Source: Tubiluchus corallicola (taxonomy: Eukaryota > Animalia > Priapulida). Taken from it: a DNA stretch of 64,000 nt. Shown piece by piece: positions 11,995 to 25,870 of this stretch (the first letter of the stretch is position 1; every line of letters begins with the position of its first letter). A program made the position numbers and the translations under genes. The notes under the pieces are model-generated. The model was not told the DNA's origin. It saw only the letters and a program-made list of their open reading frames with translations, and did not search any database. Location: NCBI GenBank assembly GCA_030141605.1, contig JAQGDQ010000413.1, positions 1-64,000 on the forward strand, written 5' to 3'.

Positions 11995-12555
11995 CTGGCT
12001 GGTTAGGTAGCTGGCTAGTCAGTTAGTTAGTCAGTCAGTCAGTTAATTAGTTAGTTAGTTAGCTAGTTAGTTGGTTGGTTGGTTTGTTAGTTAGTTAGTA
12101 AGTAAGTAAGTTAGTTAATTAGTTGGTTAGTAAGTTAGTTAGTAAGTAAGTAAGTTAGTTAATTAGTTGGTTAGTTAGTTAGTTGGTTGGTTGGTTGTTT
12201 AGTTATTTGGTTAGTTAATTAGCAAGCTAGCTAGTTAGTTAGTTAGTTGGTTGGTTAGTTAGTTAATTAGTTAGTTGGCTGGTTAGTTGGTTAGTTATTT
12301 ATTTAGTTAGTTAGTTGTGCCTCTGTTCGGCAGCAAGTGAGTGAGTGAGTGAGTGAGTGAGTGAGTCAGTCAGTCAGTCAGTCAGTCAGCCAGCCAGCCT
12401 GCTAGCCACCAGCCAGTCAGTCGATCAGTCAGCCAGTAGTCAGTCAGTCAGTCAGTCAGTCAGTCAGTCAGTCAGTCAGTCAGTCAGTCAGTCAGTCAGT
12501 CAGTCAGTCAGTCAGTCAGTCGATCAGTCAGCCAGTCGTCAATCAGTCAGTCATT
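11995..12555. repeat. Compound (TTAG)/(TGAG)/(TCAG)n microsatellite
   Basis: Direct inspection. Confidence 0.95.
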
Positions 12556-13039
12556 CACTTAGTTATAGCAAAGTCGTTGCATATATCGTACACTCTTATA
12601 TCGTACTTATATTGATGTGCATAGAATCAGAATCACACATGTGTCATTTCAGGGAGCTAAACCAGAAGTAACCTCACCAGCCTGCTGATTCTATTATGCA
12701 ACGCTGTAATACGACCTGTCAATTGACTGTCATCAAAATCAAGAATTGAACCGGAAGTGTCTGCGGAACAGCTGCTGCGTTGTAAACTCATAAGCAGATA
12801 AAGATCTTTGACATAATTGATTTGAATGACCAATTAAATCAGAAATTCGATAAATTATTATAGCTCAGGTCATCAGGTTTTGCATTTATATATACTAAAC
12901 AACATGAAATTTATTTACTTGTTTATTTATTTATTATTTATGCAGAAAATGTTTTAAACTACAAAAGAACTTGTTTGCAAAGAGGTTGTGTATTTATTTA
13001 CAATGATTGTGTTACGATGTCTAATCCGGCTTTAGACAT

Positions 13040-13392
13040 AAAACTGTCATGACTGTAACAATATGTAAGCAAGCAATACAACTTTGCAATTCATTACCGA
13101 CATCACTAAAACACAGCAGCTGTTTATCAAGTCTAAATTAAAAAAAACATTTAATGACTCGTTTTGAATATCCGACATACGAACACGATGATACTCACTC
13201 AAATCATAATTCCATTTTTCCTAGACCTTACTAAACTAGTTTATATTTTATTTTTGAATTTCTAGTTGCACTTATAGTTTAGCTTGCACCAGACGCATTT
13301 GCCCAGAACAGTGTATGTTTTTATATGAACTAACACTGATTGTCTGTCTTTTAATATGATGGTCAATGTTTTAAAATGGCAAATAAAGATTT
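13040..13392 (+). mobile_element. L2/Crack-group LINE 3' end
   Basis: Peptide TICKQAIQLCNSLPTSLKHSSCLSS..KKHLM. Its 3' UTR (ttgcaccagacgcatttgcc..aactaacactgattg..ggcaaataaagat) is shared with 14728-15039 and 52281-52563. Confidence 0.7.
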
Positions 13393-13881
<489 letters not shown>

Positions 13882-14723
13882 GTCACAAAGTCAATGACAT
13901 TTGTTGGAGGGTAACAATAGTAAGTACAGCTCGAATCACTGGGGCAAATCACACGGGAGTTTTTATATTGAAAGGAAAAAAATTCATCACTGTCCTTCTC
14001 GCAGTCACCAATCTGAGTGATTATACCGTGGGGACACACAGTAAAGTTTCATCAGTCTGATGATGTTTCTTATGAGTGTGTAGCCGTCACCAACGACGCA
14101 CAAAAAATCAGCCTTCGATTCGAGCAAAAGAAAGTTGTTGCAGTTCTCCATTTGCGACGAGGAAACGCAATATTTATTCTTCCTTTGATCAAAGGAATAT
14201 TATTATCAACAGCGTCACAATGGAGAAGCTTTCAGCTCGGCTCGCGAATAAGAGAAGAATACATTGTCATTATGAAACCGAGCAACAGACACTGTTTTGA
14301 AAGTATAATGTAATTTGTCTTTAATTTGCATGGCCCGCTTGCGCATTGAGAAGGTATATCTGAGGCCCAGGCGCGGATGAATTCCATAGAATCATTGTCT
14401 TTTGTTAGCTAAGCGGCGTCACGCAAAGAAATTAATTTGCAAATAATGAAAAACAAGTCTTCTTGTTGAAATTGTAGGCAATATTGAGTAGGCTTACATA
14501 GCGTTGTCTGTTTTACACATCATGTGTTTGAAATGTAGGCTCTGAACGTATTTGGCCTGAATTTAGGCCTTAAATTTATTTGTTCTATTTAAACTGTAGC
14601 GCTTATGAAACTACTTTCTTTCATATTTTACTTCCAGTTTTTTAATTTACCACATCATTATTCTTAAAGAATATGACAAGCAGACAGAAAATTCTGAATG
14701 TTTCTCAAAAACAAATTTCATGA

Positions 14724-14727
<4 letters not shown>

Positions 14728-14764
<37 letters not shown>

Positions 14765-15039
14765 CATCTTTATTTGCCATTAAAATACATTGATAATCAC
14801 TGATAAAAACTTTACAGAGATAATCAATCAGTGTTAGTTAATAAAAACTTACACTGCTAAAGGCAAATGCGTCAGTGCAATCTAAACTACTGTGCAGTAA
14901 TGGAAAGTAACGACGAATAAAATCAAACATATTTACAACTATGCACAAAAAATGAAAAAAAAACTATGATTTAATTAATATGGCCGTGGATATATGAATT
15001 CTGGATTAGTGTGTATGTTGTCGTGCTGGTGTGATGGTA
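14728..15039 (-). mobile_element. LINE-derived 3' UTR repeat with (TA)n tail; near-identical inverted copy at 52281-52563
   Basis: About 280 bp are colinear with the reverse complement of 52281-52563, including the same 5' boundary (taccatcacaccag). Confidence 0.85.
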
Positions 15040-16103
15040 CATAGTAACACGATAAAAATGCTGATATTGCATTGTGCATGTAATTTTCTTCGTAAATTAT
15101 TCATAGTTAAAATCGTACGAGATAATCAAAACACTTATTAAAAAAATCAAATTAATATTGCACTAATTATGTTTAATAAAATTTAAAACCAGTTTTGAGA
15201 TTTAGCTAGAAAATAATTAAAAATGCGTTTTAGGCATGGTTTTTATTCCAAAACAAAACAATTTTTAAAAGATACCAGCTCATAGTTCATCTCACAAAAG
15301 AATGTACATTTTAATGGACGAATTAAATTTTAATAAAAATTGTCAACAAAATTCAATAAAAATGTCAATCATTTATGTGTGTATTTTGTTGAACTGTGTT
15401 TACTATGTGATAACAATGAATTTAAAAGCAACAGAGAGCGTGTGTTTTGACAGAGTATTAGCCTCAATAAGATTCACAGGCTTAAGACATTAGGCAGGCG
15501 GTGGGTTTTTCTGTAACGCCGCTTCTATATGGGTTATCTTATTTCTGTAAATCCGTCTATTTTCCCGCAGGGCACTGGGCTTATTCAGTATCGGATTACT
15601 GCGCGCCTCAGTTCAAACAGTCACAGTTTTTCTCCGATGCGTTCTTGTCGGTTTTGCTTTGACAACTAATTAAATTTCAGAAAAAAGAAAAGTTGGGAGT
15701 GGGAGAGGGGGAGGGCAGGCCAACGGAGGGGGGGGGAAGTGAAGATTAATATATCGAGGGAAAAGTCTGAATTTTGAGGATTAGATACTTTGAGAATTTA
15801 GAATGGTTAGTACTTTCGTAAATTGAAATTTTAATACAATTTTCAGTACAATTAAAATTAATAGAATTTTTGAATATATAAGAAGTAGATTACAGGTAAA
15901 ATGTATATAATATATGTATAAATTCACATGTAAGAAATAGATTATATATTACAGAAGCAAATTCGCCATGCCTCAAGACAAACTGAAGGAATATGTGGAA
16001 AAATTCTGGATATCGTAGATATTGTTGTCTTTTAGCTCATAAAGGTATATTACTCAATTTGTTGTTCATGGCCCAGTGAAACCAATGAACTGCTCAGTAC
16101 TAA

Positions 16104-16781
16104 AATATCTGTACTAATTCTACATTACTGTACTGTATTGTACTGTACATTTAGCCTATTGTACGCTACTAGGATATGTTAATAATAATGTGCCAGATCA
16201 CTGATTAAAACTGTTGCAAACTTTAGCTGCATATGAACAATATCTGTACTAATTCTACATTACTGTACTGTATCGTACTGTACATTTAGCGTATTGTACA
16301 CTACTAGGATATGCTAATAATAATGTGCCAGATCATTGATTAAAACTGTTGCAAACTTTAGCTGCATATGAACAATATCTGTACTAATTCTACATTACTG
16401 TACTGTAGTGTACTGTACATTTAGCCTATTGTACACTACTAGGATATGCTAATAATAATAATATGCCAGATCATTGATTAAAACTGTTGCAAACTTTAGC
16501 TGCATCTTAACAATATCTGTACTAATTCTACATTAGTGTACTGTATTGTACTGTACATTTAGCCCATTGTACACTACTAGGATATGCTAATAATAATATG
16601 CCAGATCATTGATTAAAACTGTTGCAAACTTTAGCTGCATCTTAACAATATCTGTACTAATTCTACATTAGTGTACTGTATTGTACTGTACATTTAGCCC
16701 ATTGTACACTACTAGGACATGCTAATAATAATGTGCCACATCATTGATTAAAACTGTTGCAAACTTTAGCTGCATCTTAAC
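16104..16781. repeat. ~135-bp tandem repeat, 5 copies
   Basis: Unit aatatctgtactaattctacatta...gttgcaaactttagctgcat; starts at 16104, 16239, 16374, ~16512, ~16647. Confidence 0.97.
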
Positions 16782-17757
16782 TTTAAAGAGTTAATTTTGT
16801 TCATGAGCGCATCTTTATCTCCTGTATTTCTGTTTTATTTTTGTTCCAGTTTTTATCTCATTCGTCCTGCTTCGAAATTAAACCACCGTATCCGTTCAGC
16901 AGGATAACGTTAACGTTTACACTGTTGTTTGCTTGTTATTTCAATGTGAAAGTGATTTCCCAGTATTGAAGTCAAGTGTTATCGGAATCGTGTTTCGTTC
17001 TTTTCCTGCCCATAGGTGGCGCTCAGCAGTCATATTTAACAGTTACGGTTGCGATTTAAACTTTAACCGATCTGTTACCGCTGTGCTCCTAAAATGCATC
17101 GAGAATACCAACATGGAATTTTTGGTTATTTTCATATAGCAGCAGTAATTAATTTGTTTACACATTTTTAAAACTGAATATAAGTAAATATATATTTTGT
17201 TTACCACTATTTTTACCTAGGAAAGCTCAAATTTTGCACATTTTTGTAAGACATGCTGGATCACGGGCTCTCGGCTACTGGGTGGCTTGTAGCAGCATAA
17301 ACAGATTTAAGCGTAGACATAATCTGCTAATCTAGAGTTCAACCGTCTGATTACGATCGTAATTACGAGCGTTGTAATGAACAAAGCGACAAACCTCCCC
17401 AGGGGTCGTGTCGGGCGCGTGTGCGGTAGCGTTCTTAGCAACCCCAGTAAAAGCAGCAGGAGTTTTCCTTCAGTATCTGCCATAACCTCTTAATTTTCAG
17501 AAATTTTTCCGGAAGTAGCATGTCTGCAGTAAACTGTGTTCGGGTGCTGAACCCCGCTGTCAGTGAAATCACAGTGAAAACATTATATGGTGTTTACAGT
17601 TATAAACAAACTAAATAATAGCTAAGAATTTGTTTAGAGTTTCTAATTACTGACTACAATTTTAATACTTTGTATAGTATAAGTAACTGTTGCTGTATTG
17701 CAAACTAACTAACTAATATTATAATTGACCGAGCCATTTAGAACTATGAGGCATAGA

Positions 17758-18380
<623 letters not shown>

Positions 18381-19216
18381 TTCATATACCCAATGAATTT
18401 AGTTTAAAAAGAAAAACTGTTAACAAAAAATCTCATTGATTTAATTAACAAGCAGAGAAAACACTAAATATATTACCAAGATAAACAGTTGACGTTTCGG
18501 CGGTTTCGCGTTAGGTAGATGCATTTTAAAGCACTGTAGGCCTACATATGAAGAAATTACATCATCGTGACAAAAAATAATCATAATAATAATAAGTAAC
18601 ATTCATCCAAAGTTCAGAGACTGAATGCAAAACGTCACCTGTTTTTCTTGACAATAAGCAGAGCAAATGATCGAATTTTAGTCAATAATTACTTCTGTAC
18701 GAAAATTGCTTATGTAAGGCCTTATCTATCTTCGGCACTACCGTTAAGATTGCAGGCAAAACCCAAAACCTCGCTAATGTTTTTATACAATTTGGTACAA
18801 GGCAAAACACCACTCACTGTCAGAGCCCCCTGCTAGCGCTGATGGTTATTAGATGTAGCAGGACCGAAACATAATCATAGGCCGAGGTGAGGTCAATTTT
18901 ATTGTTAGTCACGTTGCAGCCTTTACGAGAGAAATATTCGATGGCCGGTAGAAGTTGCCCAACACTGATTGTCTTTGAGGTTTCCCGTCCATTTCGTAAC
19001 CAGGTGTAGTGTTGCTCAATTTTCCGTTGCTTAGCAGGCGCACCGATCCCACAGTTTTAGATTAAAATATTTATAATATTAACTTCGCAATATTGAATAT
19101 TCATTTAACAATTTAAAATACAAATCTAATGACTTCCGTTTGTCTGCATTTCTAAATATAGAAATATTTTCAATTTATTAATTAAATTTAAAATTTTAAC
19201 GAAAACTCTTTCGTCA

Positions 19217-19255
19217 CAACTACGCTTTCAGTCTGCGAAAAGATTCATCAGGTTG
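19217..19255 (-). ncRNA. Minimal type I hammerhead ribozyme candidate (Penelope-type)
   Basis: Minus strand: CAAC-CUGAUGA-aucu(uuucgc)agacu-GAAA-gc-GUA-GUUG. Helix I is CAAC/GUUG, followed by an A-rich aataaa stretch. Confidence 0.6.
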
Positions 19256-20275
19256 AAATGGAATAGTTATAATAAACTTAGCAAAGGATTGTATAAACTG
19301 TATTGAAAACAGGAATTTTAATTTTTTATCAAAGTATCAATTGAGAGTGATGTTAGAATATATAGTATTTTTCTAAGTTAATTGCTTTGTCTTCTTGTAT
19401 GTAAATAATATCCATGCTTGTTTTGACAGTCCTTATTAAGAAAATACACAGAATTAAGAACTGACGTTTTTACAAGTTGTGCTCAAAGTAAAACCTGCAC
19501 TAGTTAATTAGTGTAATTATTAAATTTTCTTAAATTGTAATTTTTAGATTATCATTAGGTGTGATATAGGACTATAATGCTGAAGCAATTGAATGCAGGA
19601 AAAGGTTTAACGTCTGGAGGAGGATCAGTTTATGTGATACATTACACAGGGCGTACTGTTAGTCATTTAGATTTTGAAAAGGAATAAACAGATTACATTT
19701 AACTTTAGATTAAGCAAATTTAAGTTAGTGATCAGTAGTCCTTAAATCATTGCATTGAAAATGACTTTTAAACTGGGGCATGTAGCAGAGGCAGCCAGAC
19801 AGCTGGGACAATGTATAGAGCTCACCAATATGGGTGAAGTGTTTGCCTGAGTCTGACCTCAAGAGCTTTGCATTAACTACTTAAACGCCAAATCATCTCC
19901 GCGAAGGGGTTCCAAGACAAAAGATTTGTTTGGATAGCTTTCCGACGAGCTGTATTAGCATTTGATAACCGTCTGCAAATGGATTTACGACCATTCTGCT
20001 AATCCATCTGTTTGTTTATTCTCTGATTTATTACTGTATCGAATGATCCAAGGCGATTTAAATGTGAAATTGTTGAGTAGGTGTGAAGTGTTTTCTTTAG
20101 CAATGGTGAAAATCTTTTCAGGAGGGCGTTAGTTTTATGATTAACCACCGTACTCACCGTACTCTACCGTCTACATGTTTTTTCTACCCGTCAGAAACTG
20201 GTGTGATATTTGTTGACAATGAAATTGAAAATAAAGGAACTATATATATATATATGTATATATATATATGTGATG

Positions 20276-20304
<29 letters not shown>

Positions 20305-20307
<3 letters not shown>

Positions 20308-20575
20308 CGAACAGCACTTACGTAAACTAAATACTATATGTGTAAGCAACTATCCTAAATTTGTGTTTATATATTCATGTTGTACCATTGGGTTTATACA
20401 TCAAGGTTTGATGTTGTGTCTTTGGTTTAAATTGTTGAGTTTGACTTGTGTAATTGTGTACTTAATAACGTGGTATAGGTTTTTTGTAGCGCTGTATATG
20501 TGTGTAATTGTATCTTTATAATCTGTGTGTGTATTGTGTGAAATGCAATTGTGATTACCCAATAAAAATATATAC
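20305..20575 (+). mobile_element. Dispersed ~270-bp repeat between (TA)n tracts, resembling a retroelement 3' UTR; second copy at 32969-33243
   Basis: Colinear with 32969-33243 with the same boundaries; ends in aataaaaatatata. Confidence 0.85.
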
Positions 20576-21424
20576 TTGAGAAGTGCTAACTGTGAGGTCA
20601 CAAGAAGCTTTGGACCATCCATCACGCTTTGAAGCTTTGGACATTGTCTTGTTTCAAGTTTTTTGCGGTCCTCAGTGCACAACGGGACGAGTTTATGCAG
20701 TTTATTTATACCATAGTGCAAAATCGAGAATTTAAAACTTTAATGTCACACTCAGCAAACATGATGTTGTCTATTGCAATTCTGGAAAAGCCACAAACTG
20801 GCACATGATGTTTCTAGGGATGGAAAAACACCAAGAATCTAATCCATCAATGTCGCCAAACAAGAAAGCTTGTAAGCAGAATAAGGTCTATAATACAACA
20901 GCAATGACTGTTTACTTATGGAAATGGAGGCATTAGTTTACATTGAGATTGGCTGCCTTGCCCTTTGGCTGCAAGGGTTAAATACTAATTTCGCCGGGAC
21001 AAGCCCTCTCAGGCGCTAAGATGAAATCTTTTGGACATGTGCAACGTCAACACAATTTCCAGCAAAAATCCATCCAACTTTGCCGAGTTTTCTGTTTAAC
21101 AGGTTGGCAAACATGGAGGAAAAAACAAAAACTGCGCCATCTGTGGCAGATCCATCCTCGTGGTGTCCGTAATGATGAGTTAAAATATGTTTTTATGCAT
21201 CGTATGTGAATAAATAAATCTATGATGGTAGTGATTTTGTTTCATTTTTATGTTTCATTTGTTTTTGTGGTTGACAGAATCTATAAGCCTTTCGGTAACA
21301 AAATTTCTAAATTTCATTTCGTTGAGAATTATTACGTGGACAGAAAAACGGCGAGGGAGGACAGAGTAAACGAATTTATAGTTTATCGACCACACCCCTT
21401 CCTATGCACTTAAGCAAAATTTGG

Positions 21425-21425
<1 letters not shown>

Positions 21426-21520
<95 letters not shown>

Positions 21521-21590
21521 GGGCAGGCAGACAGACAAACAGGCAAACAGACAGACAGACAGACAGACAGACATACAGACAGACAGACAC
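21426..21590. repeat. (CAGA)n microsatellite
   Basis: Direct inspection. Confidence 0.97.
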
Positions 21591-21897
21591 AGCATAATAA
21601 AAAAGAGGGAAAGCTTATACTGATCCAAAATGTAGAACTGTCAAATGCTTGCCTCACAATTTGCTTCACAATATATGACATAAGTTTGGGATAAGAGGTG
21701 TTACCATTTTCAGGGATGATTTGCCAGCTCCTCTTGGAAAAATGATGATCGTGATTTTCGAACCAGATTTTTTCTAAAAAAACTACTAATTCTAAACACA
21801 ATGAAGTAAACACAATTAGTTTAAAAACAGTAATTTAATCTAGAAATAAAATTATGAATTAGATCACTATAAACGCTCTGAAATTACATATAAATCT

Positions 21898-22515
21898 TTA
21901 TTACCCTTACAAGCCAGCGGTAACCGGTGAGGTCACGTGGCCGCGTGTCCCTCTGCCCGAGTAAAGTAAAAGCGAATGAAACAATAATTATCAAATTTGG
22001 CACAGTGATAAGTCTGGGCACGACTTAAAGAGTTGAAACCAGTTGCCTTTTGATTTAAAAGGTCAAAGGTCTAGTTGAAAAGGTCAAAAATGTTCGGTGC
22101 TGTACACACCCAATACACACCCAAGACCTGTACACACAATAAAATCAAATCAGATGAACTCATAATCACTAAATTTCACACAGAGAAAGATAGTCAGATT
22201 CTGGGCAAGACTATTGTCTGTATATAGACCATAAACTACAGCATAAGCCTTGGAAAACTATTTCTTTTGGGTCGAAAAGTCGAAGGTCACAAAGGTCAAA
22301 ACTTCACAACCTCAAAAATGTCAAACTAAATTCTCATTTCTAGTGATTTCATATCAGGATGTGGCTCTCCACCTTTACTGAATGAATTTTTTGAAATTTG
22401 GTTACAACACCTTTTGTATACAGCACACTACAATTTGTAGTGTTACACTCACCAGCCAATAATTATTCATTAATAGCAACAAGCATAGCTAAGTTAGTAG
22501 TTGTTATATCTAGCA
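21898..22515 (+). mobile_element. Helentron/HINE (DINE-1-like) non-autonomous remnant
   Basis: Begins ttattacc; repeated aaatttggcaca/aaatttcacaca and aaaggtcaaaggtc motifs are typical of such elements. Ends are uncertain. Confidence 0.45.
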
Positions 22516-23457
22516 GCCGTGGGATAAGTAGTTAATTGGACGTTTCTAAGAAGGCAAGCTCATCTTTCTGTTTTTTCATTAAAACTTGAGATCAGAGGAA
22601 AACCAGTTATCTGCCACCATCAAATAATTTCTTCATTTTGTTTGCTCTATAAATCAAAAGTAGTATTAATAAATGAGAAAACAAATATTACGATTATCTG
22701 AGTAAGATAAATGCTAGTCGTAGTTAAGTATACCTCGTGGGAGGAAAGCACATATCGGACGATTTGTCATGATCTCATAGATCTCATGTTTTCTGTTAGT
22801 GACGAAAGGCAGGCATATCTATGACGCTGATGACTTGTCAGGAATGTTTCCTCAGCAATAATTTATTATCCTTACTCTAGAGAACTCTGATCGCGTTTAG
22901 GAGCCATTACTCGAGTTCGTAAACAACCGGGTTTGTAACCTCCTGCAATTTCCAAGTTTTTCCTGGAAAAATTGTTCAGTCAAACACGAATCGAGAAATA
23001 TTGTTCAAAATGTGTAGTAATGTAATTCTAATTTTATTTTGCATCATACTGCTTTGATATATTCTGTTTTATCTTTATGTGGTTAGTTTTTTATGCATAC
23101 ATATTGTAATTTTCGATCATTTTGACGTAATTGTAATAAACCATTCTATGTGTCCAGCTGCATAGAAATTTAGTTAAGATCGCCAACATATTGATTCGTA
23201 TAATTGCACCAGTTTTTTGTTTTTCAAGTTTTTCTGTCACATTCAAGAGGTCACTTTAATGCCTGCTTCGAACACACTGTATCATATTTCAAGGCTTGTT
23301 AAATGTTACACACTTATAATGTATAATGTTAAAAATATATCCTGACAAATAGACAAACAATATTGCAAAGTTAATAAATCACGGTTAATTGATTTGCAAT
23401 CTGAAATGAAATGAAAACAATTTTAGATGTTTACATTATCTATAAGGTCTATATATG

Positions 23458-23727
23458 GACCAGTGCAGCATGCTCACTGACTCCGGCAGCTCCTACAGCT
23501 AACCTGGCGCCAAACGTGCCGCTCCGCTTTCCTTTGGACTACACCAGGGAGGAAGAGAGGGGGTTCCTGTTGTCTGGGCAACTCAGGATCTCCATACACC
23601 TTGCCCAGGCGTGCGCCCTGGAAAGGACTGCTCAGCCACAGTCGAAGCTGCAGCTCCATCAATGTGATCAATAACTGACTCTCTTGGCGCACACTCCATT
23701 GTCTTCCGAGACAGAAGGATGCCAACA
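23458..23727 (-). pseudogene. GC-rich (~57%) coding-like fragment, possibly the C-terminus of a KDZ/Zisupton-type transposase
   Basis: Minus strand, with frameshifts, gives STVAEQSF / ARLGKVY / MEILSCPDNRNP / LFLPGVVQRK. This loosely resembles the KDZ EQ-containing C-terminal motif. Confidence 0.3.
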
Positions 23728-24408
23728 AGGTCTAAATGCCCCCCCCCCCCATTATAAGTTCAGGTCTATATGCCTCCCCATTATAAGGTCGATATGCCCA
23801 TCATTATAAGGTCTATATGCCCACCATTATAAGGCCTATATGCCCCCATTATAAGGTCTATATGCCCACCATAATAAGGCCTATATGCAAACCATTATAA
23901 GGTCTATATGCCCCCCATTATAAGGTCTATATGCCCCCATTATAAGGTCTATATGCCCCCCATTATAAGGTCTATATGCCCCCATTATAAGGTCTATATG
24001 CCCCCATTATAAGGTCTATATGCCCACCATTATAAGGTCTATATGCCCACCATTATAAGGTCTATATGCCCCCCATCATAAGGTCTATATGCCCACCATT
24101 ATAAGGTCTATATGCCGACCATTATAAGGTCTATATGCCCCCATTACCAGGTCTATATACCCTCCATTATAAGGTTTATATGCCCCCCCCCCAATTATAA
24201 GGTCTATATGCCCTCCATTATAAAGTCTATATGCCCACCATACTAAGGTCTATATGCCCACCATTATAAGGTCTATATGCCCCCCATTACCAGGTCTATA
24301 TGCCCTCCATTATAAGGTTTATATGCCCCCCAATTATAAGGTCTATATGCCCCCCATTATAAAGTCTATATGCCCCCCATTATAAAGTCTATATGCCCAC
24401 CATCATAA
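23727..24408. repeat. 22-23-bp minisatellite, ~29 copies
   Basis: Unit cattataaggtctatatgccc(a/c)c. Confidence 0.97.
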
Positions 24409-25439
24409 TTGTAGATATATTAAAAAAAATTGATTGTATAATAAATGCAAAGTAAGTTCAAATAGTCAATGGTATGTATTACATAATTATGTTCGACAAA
24501 TATAAGGCTGATGATATGGCTCACAATCAGAAGCAATGTGAAAAATAAAATATACACAAAAAATAGAAAATAGTCAATAAACAGCGAGCATGCGCAGTAG
24601 TGACTAGCAGCACGCGCAGCTATTACCAACTCGGTTCAATTCTGATAAAAAAGTTTCCCATTCCGACATAGAACATCTTTCCTCTACTCGCGTAGGGACT
24701 TAATTATGCCTTTTGTAAATTTTATGATTATCAGTTAGCCGAGTAAGAATAATGACATCTTTAATGTCTGCAAAGGAAATGAAACCAGACACAACCAACC
24801 GAATAAATCACTGCAGGTATTCACGTTTTGGCAGCTGAAGACAATTTGGATAAATGATGCGAGGAAATATCTATTGAATTTTCACGTTTCTGATGAGAAA
24901 ATTATCTATTGAAATTCCACATTTAATCAAATTGCAAACAGTTGTTGATTACGCAATGCGATAGCGTTTATGATATATGATAGAAAATCCGTTTTCTGTT
25001 ATGTAATTATATTTTATTGAAGAATACTTCAACTCAGGAATAGGGAGATATTAAAAGCGTTGATGTCAATGGAAGTAAAAATGACGCAGTGTTTGAAAAA
25101 GAATGAGAAAATAGCTTAGAAAATATACAGCAGTCTCAAGATATTTATTTAGAAATATCAACGCTTATCAGAAACAACTTGAAACATTAGTTGTCTCTAT
25201 TCTCATCTCATTCACTCTTCTCTTTTTCTATTCATCTTTACAGCTTTCTCGCGTGTATTTTTTAATTTTCTGGTAAGAAAAGATAAGATAAGATAAATTT
25301 TGTTTAACGTCGATCATTTACATGAATAACAGTTAAAGCTCTTTATCGATCTACCTACCTATATCCACTTACTTTTATATTTAGTACTCCATTCATACTT
25401 TGTTCATGTACCTCAGTCTGTCTACCTTTCTACCTGTCT

Positions 25440-25870
25440 ACCTACCTAGATGCGTCTGGCCTATCAGCCTAGCTGCCTATATACCTAGATGCGTCTGGCC
25501 GATCAGCTTACCTGCTACCTACCTAGATGCCTTTGGCCTATCAGCCTACCCGCCTACGTACCTAAATGCGTCTGTTCAATCGGTCTACCTGCCTACGTAC
25601 CTAGATGCGTCTGGCCTATCAACCTACCTGCCTACTTACCTAGATGCGGCTGGCCTGTCAGCCTAGCTGCGTATCTACCTAGATGCGTCTGGCCTATCAG
25701 CCTACCTGCCTACGTACCTAGATGCGTCTGGCCTACCAGCCTACCTGCCTACGTACCTAGATGCGTCTGGCCTACCAGCCTACCTGCCTACGTACCTAGA
25801 TGCGTCTGGCCTATCAGCCTAGCTGCCTAACTACCTACCTATCTACCTACCTACCTACCTACCTGCCTAC
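25440..25870. repeat. 39-bp minisatellite (~10 copies) embedded in (CTAC)n
   Basis: Unit cctagatgcgtctggcctatcagcctacctgcctacgta. Confidence 0.95.
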
